Assembly (NCBI GenBank): GCA_018260615.1
Contig: JAGWDQ010000053.1
Coordinates: 10,898-74,897 of the forward strand
Direction of reading: 5' to 3'
DNA: 64,000 nt
From: Candidatus Altarchaeum sp.
Lineage (GTDB): Archaea; Altiarchaeota; Altiarchaeia; Altiarchaeales; Altiarchaeaceae
In this document: positions 41,163 to 51,472 of the stretch, one piece after another
Layout: every line of letters starts with the position of its first letter
Numbering within the stretch: position 1 is the first letter of the stretch
The notes under the pieces: model-generated
Told to the model about the DNA's origin: nothing
Database searches by the model: none
The model's input: only the letters and a program-made list of their open reading frames with translations
Translations under genes and position numbers: made by a program

Positions 41163-41705
41163 TTATGGAACAAATACCGCAGTAGCAATCACCGTTGTCC
41201 ACAGTCCGTTTTTATCAACTTTTGCCGATTGTGTAATGTTCGTTGTTTTCACAATTTTTCCGCTCATCTTCCAGATTTCCTTCTTCTCGTCGTAATTTTT
41301 ATTTACATCAAATTCAATTCCGAGCGTTGAAGCGAGCATTGAGGCAGCTAAATCCTCGGCATATTCTCCGGCTGATTCGTCTGTCTGTCCGTAAGAATGA
41401 TGCTCACTTAAATAACCATAAGTTGTGCGGTCGGCCGGAACAGCGCATCCGACAGAAGCGGCAATCATCCTGTTCGGTTCATTGGAAGAATTCCTGGACA
41501 TTACTACAAAAACAATTTGTCCGGGCATTAACTCCTTTAAGCCATCTTCACTTGAAACAATTTTGCATTTCGGGGGCAGAATACTTGACACAGTTACAAG
41601 ATTAAATTTTTCTATTCCCGCATCCCGCAACGCCGCTTCAAAAGACGCAAGCTGCTCTTTAGCCCTTCCAACCCCCTTTGTAAAAAATACTTTTCTCGGT
41701 ACCAA
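41163..41705 (-). CDS. pdaD: Pyruvoyl-dependent arginine decarboxylase
   Basis: [36 protein letters not shown] (SS self-cleavage site), GYLSEHH. Confidence 0.92.
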   Translation of the reverse strand: MVPRKVFFTKGVGRAKEQLASFEAALRDAGIEKFNLVTVSSILPPKCKIVSSEDGLKELMPGQIVFVVMSRNSSNEPNRMIAASVGCAVPADRTTYGYLSEHHSYGQTDESAGEYAEDLAASMLASTLGIEFDVNKNYDEKKEIWKMSGKIVKTTNITQSAKVDKNGLWTTVIATAVFVP

Positions 41706-41721
41706 TTTAAAAATTTAACAT

Positions 41722-42198
41722 TTAATGCAAATTTACATTTACCGAAGATGTGTTTGATAAGGTAAAATTTATCGCTTTATCTTCGTATTTTATTTCTGCA
41801 TATAGAGGATAATCGCCGGCATAATATGCTCTTCCGCAGCCATGTGTGCATTGAGGTGCAGTTACGTTGTAATTGAACGTTGTTGTGCCTTCTGTCAAAT
41901 TCAAAATTTTTACATTGTCTATTAAATTACTTCCCTGTCTTGATGCAATTCCATACACACGAAGAGAAACATTATCTACATTCATATTTGACTTAACCGT
42001 AACATTAAAATTTATCAGTTCATTTGCCGTGTAACTCGGCTTTTCCAGAGAAATGTTTTCAACAGTTAAATTTAAATTTTTCATATTGCTTGTACTCATA
42101 TTGCCTGTTTGTTCAACGCATCCGCTCAATAAGAACATTGCTATAATTGCCGCACTGATGCCTATACCCACACCTAATGATATAATTCCTTTTTTCAT
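41722..42198 (-). CDS. Secreted or lipid-anchored protein of unknown function
   Basis: Signal-like N-terminus ending LLSGC, Asn/Thr/Val-rich beta-sandwich-like body. Confidence 0.6.
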   Translation of the reverse strand: MKKGIISLGVGIGISAAIIAMFLLSGCVEQTGNMSTSNMKNLNLTVENISLEKPSYTANELINFNVTVKSNMNVDNVSLRVYGIASRQGSNLIDNVKILNLTEGTTTFNYNVTAPQCTHGCGRAYYAGDYPLYAEIKYEDKAINFTLSNTSSVNVNLH

Positions 42199-42367
42199 TT
42201 TGTTTGTCTTGTTTTTGATGTTATTTATTAAAATTTTGTTTTTAAATTAAGATTTTTAAATTAAGATGTTTTTAAATTAAGATGCTCAAACTTAAACTTT
42301 AATAATTATCAATTATCCGAAATATTTTTTAATAATTTAAATTTATAAGAATTAACTTTAACATAAG

Positions 42368-42970
42368 GTGGCATTCAAAAAGGACTACATCTACGAAGTA
42401 ATCATAGAAATTGATACGGGAGGTGAAAAAAATTTTGCTCCGATGGGAATGAAATATCTCGGAACAAAAGACGGAACGAAAAAATTTGAAATTTCTGTAT
42501 TTAAAGGCACAAACACGGCACGCCTTTTGACTGAAAATTTAAATAAAAATCCGACCGATAAAAGAAATTTCACATTTGCATGTATTTGGACATCTGATAT
42601 GGATTGCTTTTATGAGTGCATCACAAAAAAATTTTCCGGTGAATTTATCCGCAAAACTGAAAAATTTCCGAAAGTTGTGTTTAAAGCGGAAAAGATTGAT
42701 GATTCGGGGGAGAAATTAAGGATAACCTGTGCAACTGCTATGGAAAAAAGGACCGAAAGAAAAATTGAAAAAAATCTGCTCAACAGGGCAAAATACCTTA
42801 CATTGGAAGCATTAATTTGTTACACAAAGCCAATAAGTTATGATGCGAAAAAAAACAAAATTTCCGAAATGTTGAGAGTAATAAAGAAGGTTGCTCCGGA
42901 TTCGGAATATGAAAGAAATGTCTCTGATTTGCTGATGAATATTGATGATAAGATAAATATAAACAAATAA
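42368..42970 (+). CDS. DUF447-family protein
   Basis: IYEVII...NFAPMG, FKGTNTARLL, LLNRAKYLTLEALI. Confidence 0.65.
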   Translation: MAFKKDYIYEVIIEIDTGGEKNFAPMGMKYLGTKDGTKKFEISVFKGTNTARLLTENLNKNPTDKRNFTFACIWTSDMDCFYECITKKFSGEFIRKTEKFPKVVFKAEKIDDSGEKLRITCATAMEKRTERKIEKNLLNRAKYLTLEALICYTKPISYDAKKNKISEMLRVIKKVAPDSEYERNVSDLLMNIDDKININK

Positions 42971-43032
42971 AGGGCTAAATTTATAATTCATAATGAAATT
43001 TTATATGTTAAATTTTAGGTTAATAAAATAAC

Positions 43033-43680
43033 ATGGATAATAATGTTAATGCACATAAGGACAAGGCAGATGTAAGACAAATGGAATATATCTTCTCAAT
43101 TAAGCCCGAAACATTACGGGCTCTGATTATAAAGAAACATGAGAAATTTTTGGAGAATTACAGAAAGGACCTGGGAGGTGTGAAAGAAAAAAGGGGGCAG
43201 GAAGTTTTATTAAAAAAAATGGTTGAAATTTTGCCCGACAAAACAGACCTGCTGGATTACTGGAGCAAAGATCTTGAAGAAAATTTAAATAAAGTAAGCG
43301 ATGACGCACTTGCACAGGAGATAAGAGAAAAAATTACAAAATTTAAAAAGGAAAAACAGGATTCCGAAATAGAGTTTCAGATGAAACTGAGCGAACTGGA
43401 GGAAATAGAAAAAGAAATAGACAAAAACGATATGCAAAACAGGGAAGAATGGCTGGCAGGAAAGGTTGAATCACACGAAAAATCACTGAACTTCTGGAAA
43501 ATTTATAAGACAGATGAAGAGAAAAAGGCAGATGATGAAATAAAAAAGAAAGAAGAGTTAGCAAAAAAGGCAGAGGAAGAAAGAAAAAGAAAGGAGTCGG
43601 AGAAAAAGGCAGAGGAAGAAAGAAAAAGAAAGGAGTCGGAGAAAAAAGTAACAAAAAGAAAATTGAAGGTAAAAAAATAA
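43033..43680 (+). CDS. Hypothetical charged coiled-coil protein with an exact 39-bp tandem repeat
   Basis: KAEEERKRKESEK twice; DNA repeat at about 43564-43641. Confidence 0.6.
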   Translation: MDNNVNAHKDKADVRQMEYIFSIKPETLRALIIKKHEKFLENYRKDLGGVKEKRGQEVLLKKMVEILPDKTDLLDYWSKDLEENLNKVSDDALAQEIREKITKFKKEKQDSEIEFQMKLSELEEIEKEIDKNDMQNREEWLAGKVESHEKSLNFWKIYKTDEEKKADDEIKKKEELAKKAEEERKRKESEKKAEEERKRKESEKKVTKRKLKVKK

Positions 43681-43795
43681 GGCTCTTATTTTTAATAGCG
43701 TGAGGTTGCTGTAAAATTTCAAAATATTTGCCCATTATCACGGATTTGTAAATATGAGCCGAGCCAAAAAATTTAAATAAAATTGGGTTTAAGGT

Positions 43796-44677
43796 GTGAA
43801 AATGGAAGAAAATCAATTAGTGTTAAGCACAGAGAGTATCAAAAGTAAAATTTATACGATAAGGGACATACAAGTGATGCTTGATAAAGATTTAGCTGAA
43901 CTTTATAGTGTAGAAACAAGAACTTTAAATCAGGCTGTTAGGAGAAACATTGAACGGTTTCCCGAAGATTTTATGTTTTCACTAACAAGAGAGGAGATAA
44001 GGAACTTATCACAATTTGTGATAGGTTCAAAAATAAAGCATGCTCCCAACGTATTTGTTTTTACAGAGCAGGGAGTAGCTATGCTGTCGGGTGTCTTGAA
44101 AAGTGATACTGCTACAAGAATTAATATTCAGATAATGAGGGCGTTTGTCTCCATGAGAAAATTTATCTCCTCAAACACATGGATAGTTCACCGATTAGAA
44201 AGTGTAGAAGAAAAACAAATTGAATACGATAAAAAGTTTGAACTGGTATTTGATGCAATACAAAGCAAATACATCAAGCCGGAAAAAGGCATATTTTTTG
44301 ACGGCCAGATATTTGACGCATACAAATTCGTTTCGGATATAATCAGAACCGCTGATAAATCATTGGTCCTCATTGACAATTACATTGATGATTCGGTTTT
44401 GACGCTGTTTAGCAAGAGAAATAAAAATGTGCGGGTTACGATATTCACCAAAGATGTCTCCAAACAATTATCACTTGATTTGGCTAAATACAATTCGCAA
44501 TATCCGTCTGTTGAAGTAAAAGAATTTAAGCAGTCCCACGACCGATTTCTCATAATAGACGATAAAGAGGTGTATCATTTTGGAGCATCATTAAAGGATC
44601 TGGGTAAAAAATGGTTTGCATTTTCAAAATTTGACAAAGAAGCGTTTAATCTGCTTGATAAACTGGGGCTGAAATGA
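43796..44677 (+). CDS. ORF6N-domain DNA-binding protein with C-terminal PLD-like (HDRF) region
   Basis: VMLDKDLAELYSVET..LNQAVRRNIERFPEDFMF, FTEQGVAMLSGVL; SHDRFLIID...GASL. Confidence 0.85.
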   Translation: MKMEENQLVLSTESIKSKIYTIRDIQVMLDKDLAELYSVETRTLNQAVRRNIERFPEDFMFSLTREEIRNLSQFVIGSKIKHAPNVFVFTEQGVAMLSGVLKSDTATRINIQIMRAFVSMRKFISSNTWIVHRLESVEEKQIEYDKKFELVFDAIQSKYIKPEKGIFFDGQIFDAYKFVSDIIRTADKSLVLIDNYIDDSVLTLFSKRNKNVRVTIFTKDVSKQLSLDLAKYNSQYPSVEVKEFKQSHDRFLIIDDKEVYHFGASLKDLGKKWFAFSKFDKEAFNLLDKLGLK

Positions 44678-44763
44678 AATCAAAAATTAAAACAAAACAA
44701 AATTCAAAAATACATAAAATTTTAATAATAAGTTAAATTTCATATATTATAATACAATTAAAA

Positions 44764-45684
44764 ATGAATGAACCCGAGTTAAAGGAAAAATTAAATTTGC
44801 TGCGCGATGAAATCGGAATGAAAAGTAAGGAAATTAAGGATAATTATGACGATATAAATTTTTGTCGCGATGGAATAGCAAAGGCAAAAGATGCAAGGAA
44901 TCAGCTTCAGGAAGAAATCAGGAAAAAGCTTGAAGGAATGGATGACTTCAAAAAAAAGAAGGATGCAAGTAAAACAATACTGGATGACTTAAAAAATCAG
45001 AGGGGGCATTTAATAAACGAATCAAAGGAATTAGCAAAGATAGTAAAAGAAAAAAAGATAGAAAGGGACTCGCTTAACAAACTCTCAAGAGCACCGTATG
45101 GTATCCTTGAAGAACATCTGGAGAAAACCTATGAAAAATTATTGACTTATGATATATCCGTTGATTATGAAAAGGACTTATTTGACAGGATATTTCAGCT
45201 GAGGGAAAGAGTAATAAAAGCGAAAAATGCCAACGACGCACATATTACAGTTACGGAAATTTATAACTCGTTAAAACAGATAGACGGCAAAATTATTGAT
45301 GTTCAGACAAAATTAACGGATGAATGGACAAATTTAAAGAAAATGTATGACAGCGTGAAGGACGCTTATGAAAGTATAAAAAAAATGAGGGAAAGTGCTG
45401 ATGTGCAGCACGAAATTGTTCTTCAGAATTACGCAAAATTAATTCAGCATAAAGATATAGTTGCCAAATTAAGAAACGAAATACAGCAGATTGACGGGCA
45501 GATGACTCTGCTTGAAGAGGACCTGGAAAAAATAAAGGCAGACAAAGAAAAAGCAAAAATGAAGGAAAAATACGAAGAGGTTAAGACAAAACTCTCAGGT
45601 AAGAAACACAGATTTACACTTGATGAAATGCGGATTTTGATGGGAGCGGGAGGAGAAGTCGGAATAAGTGAGAAAACAGTATAA
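44764..45684 (+). CDS. Archaeal coiled-coil protein (COG1340-like)
   Basis: Continuous heptads; C-terminal KLSGKKHRFTLDEMRIL. Confidence 0.65.
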   Translation: MNEPELKEKLNLLRDEIGMKSKEIKDNYDDINFCRDGIAKAKDARNQLQEEIRKKLEGMDDFKKKKDASKTILDDLKNQRGHLINESKELAKIVKEKKIERDSLNKLSRAPYGILEEHLEKTYEKLLTYDISVDYEKDLFDRIFQLRERVIKAKNANDAHITVTEIYNSLKQIDGKIIDVQTKLTDEWTNLKKMYDSVKDAYESIKKMRESADVQHEIVLQNYAKLIQHKDIVAKLRNEIQQIDGQMTLLEEDLEKIKADKEKAKMKEKYEEVKTKLSGKKHRFTLDEMRILMGAGGEVGISEKTV

Positions 45685-45692
45685 CATAAAAT

Positions 45693-47177
45693 TTGAAAAT
45701 GGATTTCAATTTTCATCCGAACGAGCTCAAAATTTTAAAAATTTTGGAAGGAAAGCAGAATATTAAGGAAATTTCGGAAAGGGCAAATTTAAACATAGAT
45801 GCAGTAGCGAGAACGATCGACTGGCTTAAAACAAAAAATTTAGTTAATGTTGAGGAAAAAATTCAGGCATTTGTTTTTCTGAATGACGAAGGAAAGGAAT
45901 ACTTAAATGCGGGACTTCCGGAAAGACAAATATTAAATTTAATGAAAGCAAAAAATATTTCTGAAATAAATATTGATGACTTAAACAAAATCATAAATGA
46001 AAACAACCTCAAAGTTAATGTAAATCTGACAATCGGATGGCTTCGGAAAAAGAAACACATTACCTTTAAAGATAAGGTTATGGCAATTTCCGATTTCGCT
46101 GTGCAGGATGATGAAATTTTATTGAAATGTCTTGACGGAAATGACTTAAGTATGCTCACAAGTGCGAAAAGAAAAAGTTATGAAATTTTAAACAGCAGGA
46201 AAATACTTAACCTGAAGGAAACAAAAGAAATTTTTGCCTCGCTGACAGATGAAGGAAGAAAGGTTAAGGAAAATATTGCCGACTTAAAGGAGCAAATTTC
46301 CCAACTGACTCCCGAAATGCTCGCAAAAAAATCATGGAAGGGTGCGGAATTCAGAAAATACGATGTCAATGTCTTCGTTGAGCCGCAATATCCTGCAAAA
46401 TTTCACCCCCTGACAAATTTAATAAACCAGATAAGGGAAATTTTTGTCGGAATGGGATTCAAAGAGATGCAGGGAGATTTAACTGAGCCGACATTCTGGG
46501 ATTTTGATGCGTTATTTCAGCCGCAGGACCATCCCGCAAGAGATATGCAGGATACATTTTATCTGAAAAATTTTAAGGGTGAAATTTACGGGTTTGAGAA
46601 ATTTAAGAATGCAGTAAAGGATGCACACGAAAAGGGATGGAAATATAAATGGAATGAAGAAGAGGCAAAAAAATTTATTCTTCGCACACACACAACTGCT
46701 GTTTCCGCACATTATTTAACTACGCTCAAAAAACAGGACTTGCCCGCTAAAATTTTTACCATCGGAAAGGTATTCAGGAATGAGACAATTGACTTTAAAC
46801 ACCTTCCGGAATTTTATCAGGTTGAGGGAATTATCGTCGGCGAAGATGTCAGTTTCAGGAATCTGCTTGGAATATTAAAAAATTTTTACAATTCGCTTGG
46901 ATTTGAAAAAATCAGATTCAGGCCGGGATACTTTCCTTATACGGAGATGAGCGTTGAGCCGGAAATTTATCTTGAAAGCAAAGGGCAGTGGATGGAACTG
47001 GGAGGGGCTGGAATTTTCAGGCCCGAGGTTGTTAAGCCATTGCTCGGATTTGAATGTCCCGTATTGGCGTGGGGACTGGGATTAGACAGGATTGCTGCGT
47101 TACGGCTAAATTTAAGCGATATCAGGGATTTATATATTAGCGATATTGAGTGGCTGAGGAAGAATAACAAAGGATAA
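45693..47177 (+). CDS. pheS: Phenylalanine--tRNA ligase alpha subunit, archaeal long form
   Basis: FDALFQPQDHPARDMQDTF, LRTHTT, FRNETID..HLPEFYQVEG, YFPYTEMS, AWGLGLDR. Confidence 0.96.
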   Translation: MKMDFNFHPNELKILKILEGKQNIKEISERANLNIDAVARTIDWLKTKNLVNVEEKIQAFVFLNDEGKEYLNAGLPERQILNLMKAKNISEINIDDLNKIINENNLKVNVNLTIGWLRKKKHITFKDKVMAISDFAVQDDEILLKCLDGNDLSMLTSAKRKSYEILNSRKILNLKETKEIFASLTDEGRKVKENIADLKEQISQLTPEMLAKKSWKGAEFRKYDVNVFVEPQYPAKFHPLTNLINQIREIFVGMGFKEMQGDLTEPTFWDFDALFQPQDHPARDMQDTFYLKNFKGEIYGFEKFKNAVKDAHEKGWKYKWNEEEAKKFILRTHTTAVSAHYLTTLKKQDLPAKIFTIGKVFRNETIDFKHLPEFYQVEGIIVGEDVSFRNLLGILKNFYNSLGFEKIRFRPGYFPYTEMSVEPEIYLESKGQWMELGGAGIFRPEVVKPLLGFECPVLAWGLGLDRIAALRLNLSDIRDLYISDIEWLRKNNKG

Positions 47178-47192
47178 AATTAAAAATTTAAT

Positions 47193-49904
47193 ATGACTGA
47201 AATATACGGGAGGTATGATTATCCTGCTGTTTTGGCCTTAATTTTTGCAGTAATATTTGGCTGTCTGAGTGCATCATCTGCGACAACAGAAAACGGACAA
47301 CAAGAGCCATCATTCTATACATCGGACATTAAAAATATTCCGGATTTTGTTTTATCCCCGGAATATCCTGACTATGGCAGCGATGGCTGGCAAAGAAACA
47401 CAACCGGAAACCAGAAAATTCTAGTAATTCCCGTAATGTTTTCAGATGTCAAAAATTCAACAACATTGAGCGATTTAAACAATACACTTAAAAATTTAAC
47501 TGATTATTATTACAATGTTTCTTACGGGAAATTAAATTTAAGTTATGAGATAGTTGACCGGATTACATTGTCAAAGCCAATGGCTTTTTATGGTGCTGAC
47601 GGCGGATTTGAAAATACAACATATAAGCGAATTGATAAACTGAATGTTATGTACAATCAATTTGCAAATGATACTATAAGAGCGGTTGATTCAAAAATTA
47701 ATTTCTCAAAATATGATCATGTAATCATACTTCATGCAGGCAATGATCAGGCAAATGATCCGGAATGCGGAGATTGTATCTGGTCAATGCGACTTCCTTA
47801 TGTGGGGGTTGAAACAAATGATAGTTGTATAACTTATTCAAACGGGGTTTTTTGTGACAATGTGGATTATGCAATAGTGGTTTCAGAAACAGATACTTTT
47901 GGTGTTTATGCACATGAATTTGGCCATGAACTGGGACTTCCTGATTTGTATGATACAAATAACGGGAGCAGCGTTGTCGGTGCTTACGAACTGATGGATT
48001 CAGGAGCATGGTTTAACGCACATCCGGGAGCATTTAGTAAATCAAAATTAAATTTTGTTGATGAAATTGTGATTTATAATGAAACGATAAATTTAACAGT
48101 TTTTCCCGCTGAAAATAAGGACACAATTGTTAAAATTTTAAGGGGAAGCCATGATTCATGGCAGTATTATCTTATTGAAATGCGAAAAAAGATCGGATAT
48201 GATGCAAATCTTCCGATATCTTATCCTGATAATGCATTACTTGTATGGAAGATTGATGAAAGCTGGCCCGATAATAAAGTAAGCAGGCATAAACCAATGG
48301 TTGAACTCCTTTTATTTAATGAAAGCGGAAATTTTCAAGATGAAGAAGGTGGAATTTTCATAAATTTCACCTTAAATTTAAATAATGTTACCTTATCGGT
48401 TTCCCAAATTCCGACAAATTTAAACATAACAAACAGGATTTTGGATAACGATATTGTAAAACCAGAGACATGCAAATCACTTGATATTTATGCTGGCTGG
48501 CCCGAAAATAATCCGCAAACATTTATATTTGCAGAGAATGAGACAGATTATTTCACATTGAACGATAAAAAAGTTATAGTGTGGGCAAAAATAATGGGAA
48601 ATGTTAATGATACCTTTACTTTTGAATTTATAAACACTTCAAACGGGATCAATAAGTTTTATAAAAATATATCTGTAACCATAACAAAAAATATATCCCG
48701 CAACATTTATAACTACTGGAACTGGTTTATTGATACCTCTAATATAAGCTTTAAAATAAATTCTTCTGTAACTGAAAACTGGAGTGTAAAAATTTTAGTT
48801 GATGGTGTTTATACTAATCATTCGCTAAACCTGACAATTTCCGATAAGATGGATACAAAACCCCCGAAAGTAAATTTACTTCCGCCGCAAAATATAACCG
48901 AAAATACAGCACTGATTTTGTGGAATGCTTCTGACACAGGAATTAATGCATCCGGACTCAAAAAATACAAAATTTATTACTACGATGCAGATACTGTTTT
49001 TGGAATTTATAATTTGACACATACAATTGATAAAAAAGAAGAGGTAAATGAATTTATGAACAGGACATTTTACGGAACTCCGGGACATACTTATTGTTTT
49101 TGGGTTGAGGCGTATGACAGAGCGGGAAATTATGGCGTTTCAAATACGGAATGTGTAATATTGCTAACCGTATGTAATTGTTCAACCTGTGACGAATGTA
49201 ATACTCAACTGAACAATGCAACATGCAACATAGTATATTTAAAGACAAACATAATAAATTATTCCGAAACCTGTATTAATTCGTTAAATTTCAGCAATAA
49301 AATTTTTGACTGCCGGGAACACACAATAGACGGCGATGACAGCGGAGGGGACTATGGAATTTATCTAAATAACAATCAAAATAACACAATAAGAAATTGT
49401 ATAATCAGCGACTTTCATCGCGGAATTTATTTGGTGGATTCAAATAACAATAACCTAATTAACAACACACTAATTTCAAATACATGGAGCGGCAGTTGCC
49501 TGTGGAATTCAGATAATAATACATTTATAAGCAATCTCATAACTTCAAATGCGTGGGGAATTCGTTTTAGGTTGGATTCAAATTCAAACAACCTGATACA
49601 AAATAGAATCTGTGGCAATCCAAGTAATGATGTGAATGATTTGGGTTCAAATCCTGCAGGTAGTAATAATACTTGTAATAACACGAACGGATGGGGCGAT
49701 AACAATATAACTCCGGGAACAACAGGATGTATGAACAAATGTGTAGTGGAAAAAGCAACTGATATCTTTGATGCGGTTGAAATGCTTGAATATTTAAGCG
49801 GAGAGAAAAATTTGAGCCGTGGAACAGATTATTACAATTTAAATAATGACAAAATAGTAAATTTACCTGATGTCCTTGCTTTAATTGCTCAAATTGTTAC
49901 TTAA
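47193..49904 (+). CDS. Secreted M6-family (immune inhibitor A-like) metalloprotease with FN3-like, beta-helix and dockerin-like domains
   Basis: Signal peptide, HEFGHELGLPDLY, ELMDSGAW, YLIEMR; W...YKIY...VEAYDRAGN; GIYL/NN repeats; NLNNDKIVNLPDVL. Confidence 0.8.
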   Translation: MTEIYGRYDYPAVLALIFAVIFGCLSASSATTENGQQEPSFYTSDIKNIPDFVLSPEYPDYGSDGWQRNTTGNQKILVIPVMFSDVKNSTTLSDLNNTLKNLTDYYYNVSYGKLNLSYEIVDRITLSKPMAFYGADGGFENTTYKRIDKLNVMYNQFANDTIRAVDSKINFSKYDHVIILHAGNDQANDPECGDCIWSMRLPYVGVETNDSCITYSNGVFCDNVDYAIVVSETDTFGVYAHEFGHELGLPDLYDTNNGSSVVGAYELMDSGAWFNAHPGAFSKSKLNFVDEIVIYNETINLTVFPAENKDTIVKILRGSHDSWQYYLIEMRKKIGYDANLPISYPDNALLVWKIDESWPDNKVSRHKPMVELLLFNESGNFQDEEGGIFINFTLNLNNVTLSVSQIPTNLNITNRILDNDIVKPETCKSLDIYAGWPENNPQTFIFAENETDYFTLNDKKVIVWAKIMGNVNDTFTFEFINTSNGINKFYKNISVTITKNISRNIYNYWNWFIDTSNISFKINSSVTENWSVKILVDGVYTNHSLNLTISDKMDTKPPKVNLLPPQNITENTALILWNASDTGINASGLKKYKIYYYDADTVFGIYNLTHTIDKKEEVNEFMNRTFYGTPGHTYCFWVEAYDRAGNYGVSNTECVILLTVCNCSTCDECNTQLNNATCNIVYLKTNIINYSETCINSLNFSNKIFDCREHTIDGDDSGGDYGIYLNNNQNNTIRNCIISDFHRGIYLVDSNNNNLINNTLISNTWSGSCLWNSDNNTFISNLITSNAWGIRFRLDSNSNNLIQNRICGNPSNDVNDLGSNPAGSNNTCNNTNGWGDNNITPGTTGCMNKCVVEKATDIFDAVEMLEYLSGEKNLSRGTDYYNLNNDKIVNLPDVLALIAQIVT

Positions 49905-49969
49905 AAAACAGAAACTAAATTTTTGAGAAAATTTTAATTGATAATAAATTTTGATTAAAATTTAAAAGA

Positions 49970-50062
49970 ATGACTAACGATGCCTTAAATGACGCAGTAG
50001 ATGCCTTACAAAAAGGAAATTTTATAATAATTCACGATGCAGACAGCAGAGAAAACGAATGC
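49970..50062 (+). pseudogene. Diverged duplicate of the ribB 5' end
   Basis: MTNDALNDAVDALQKGNFIIIHDADSRENEC versus RibB MLNKAIKSLREGNFIIIHDADSRENEC. Confidence 0.85.
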
Positions 50063-50174
50063 TATCCGCCTTTTCTTTGAAAGAAAATCACCTCACTTCG
50101 TTCGGAGATTTTCAAAATTTCATTTTGAAAATGCGGGCGAAAAGAATAAATTTAACCAATGAATAAATTTAAAA

Positions 50175-50846
50175 ATGCTCAATAAAGCCATAAAATCATT
50201 AAGGGAAGGAAATTTCATAATCATCCACGATGCCGACAGCAGAGAAAACGAATGCGATTTTGTAATTGCAGCGGAATTTATAAAGCCGGAACATGTAGCG
50301 AGAATGAGAACCGAAGGGGGAGGAATGATTTGCCTTGCTGTGTCAGGAGAAATTGCCGAAATGACAGGAATGCCTTTCTTTTCAGAGATTCGTGATTTTG
50401 CATCTGAAAAATTTAAAGTGCTTGAAAAAATGACAGATAATGATTTGAAATATGATAAAAAGTCGGCGTTTTCAATAAATATAAATTTCAGGGGTGTATT
50501 TACAGGAATCAGTGACTTTGACAGGGCATTGACGATTAAAAAATTTGCGGATTTCGCAAGAAATTTAAAAGAGGAGAAAAACCAGAATATGAATGAATTT
50601 GCGAAAAATTTCAGAACTCCTGGGCATGTTCATTTACTGATTTCAAGGGGGATTGAAAACAGAGCGGGACATACGGAATTAGCAACGGAAATCTTGAAAA
50701 TTGCCGGATTAACTCCTGTTGCGGCTATTTGTGAAATTTTAGACGGTGAGATATTTAAGGCAAAAAGCAAAGAGAAGGTGTTTGAGTATGCGAATAGACA
50801 TAACATTCCGGTTGTTGAAGGGAGGGAAATTTTGAAAAATTTATAA
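50175..50846 (+). CDS. ribB: 3,4-dihydroxy-2-butanone-4-phosphate synthase
   Basis: DADSRENECD, AFSININ, TGISDFDRALTI, FRTPGHV, GHTELA. Confidence 0.93.
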   Translation: MLNKAIKSLREGNFIIIHDADSRENECDFVIAAEFIKPEHVARMRTEGGGMICLAVSGEIAEMTGMPFFSEIRDFASEKFKVLEKMTDNDLKYDKKSAFSININFRGVFTGISDFDRALTIKKFADFARNLKEEKNQNMNEFAKNFRTPGHVHLLISRGIENRAGHTELATEILKIAGLTPVAAICEILDGEIFKAKSKEKVFEYANRHNIPVVEGREILKNL

Positions 50847-50872
50847 TTAATGAGGGGAAATTTATACTTAAA

Positions 50873-51295
50873 ATGAAAAAGAAAATTTTTTTGGTAATTT
50901 CATATACAAAAAAACAAAAGGTTGAGAATGCGATAAGAAAATTTTTTGGGGAAAAAGGATTTGAAGTTATAATAGGAAGAAATTGCCAATCCGGACAACC
51001 TATTGATACGGAAATTGAAAGATTGATTAAAGAATCTTATTTCAGCGTGGTTGTTTATAATGAATTAAGGCACAATATTTCTTATGAATGGGGCCTTATG
51101 GACGGATTGAGAAAAAAGTGTTTTCTACTAAAGGACGATAACATCCATCTTGATTTAGACAAAGAACTTTCTGATAAAAAACACAGGGTATTTACACCTT
51201 TTTGCGGCGAGGATAATGAAGAATAAATTATAAATAGTTTGAAAAAAGATGAAGGATTAAATTCTGCAATAGAGAATAGACCAGTTGCGAAATAA
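50873..51295 (+). pseudogene. TIR-like / nucleotide-binding domain fragment, nonsense at 51224 with frame continuing to 51295
   Basis: KIFLVISY...IDTEIERLIKESYFSVVVYNELRHNISYEWG resembles TIR/DUF4062-type domains. Confidence 0.5.
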
Positions 51296-51472
51296 TTTTC
51301 AATCTATTGTTATTTTAAATTTATTTAAAATCTCCGAACAGAGTGAGGTGACAATATATTTACAACAATTATGAATTTTTTCCCTCATTTTAAATTTATT
51401 TAAAATCTCCGAGCAACAGCGAGGTGATAAAAAAATAAATTTTAAGAGGGTTAATCTATTGTCATAGTATAA

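Noticed and set aside
43343-43816. 157-aa minus-strand Phe/Pro-rich ORF
   Set aside because: Antisense shadow of the Lys/Glu-rich repeat gene. The many other short opposite-strand ORFs inside well-supported genes were rejected for the same reason.
49970-50255. Gene 5' duplicates as diversity-generating retroelement template repeats
   Set aside because: Mismatches are mostly synonymous third positions of all base types, are at N-termini rather than C-termini, and no reverse transcriptase is seen.
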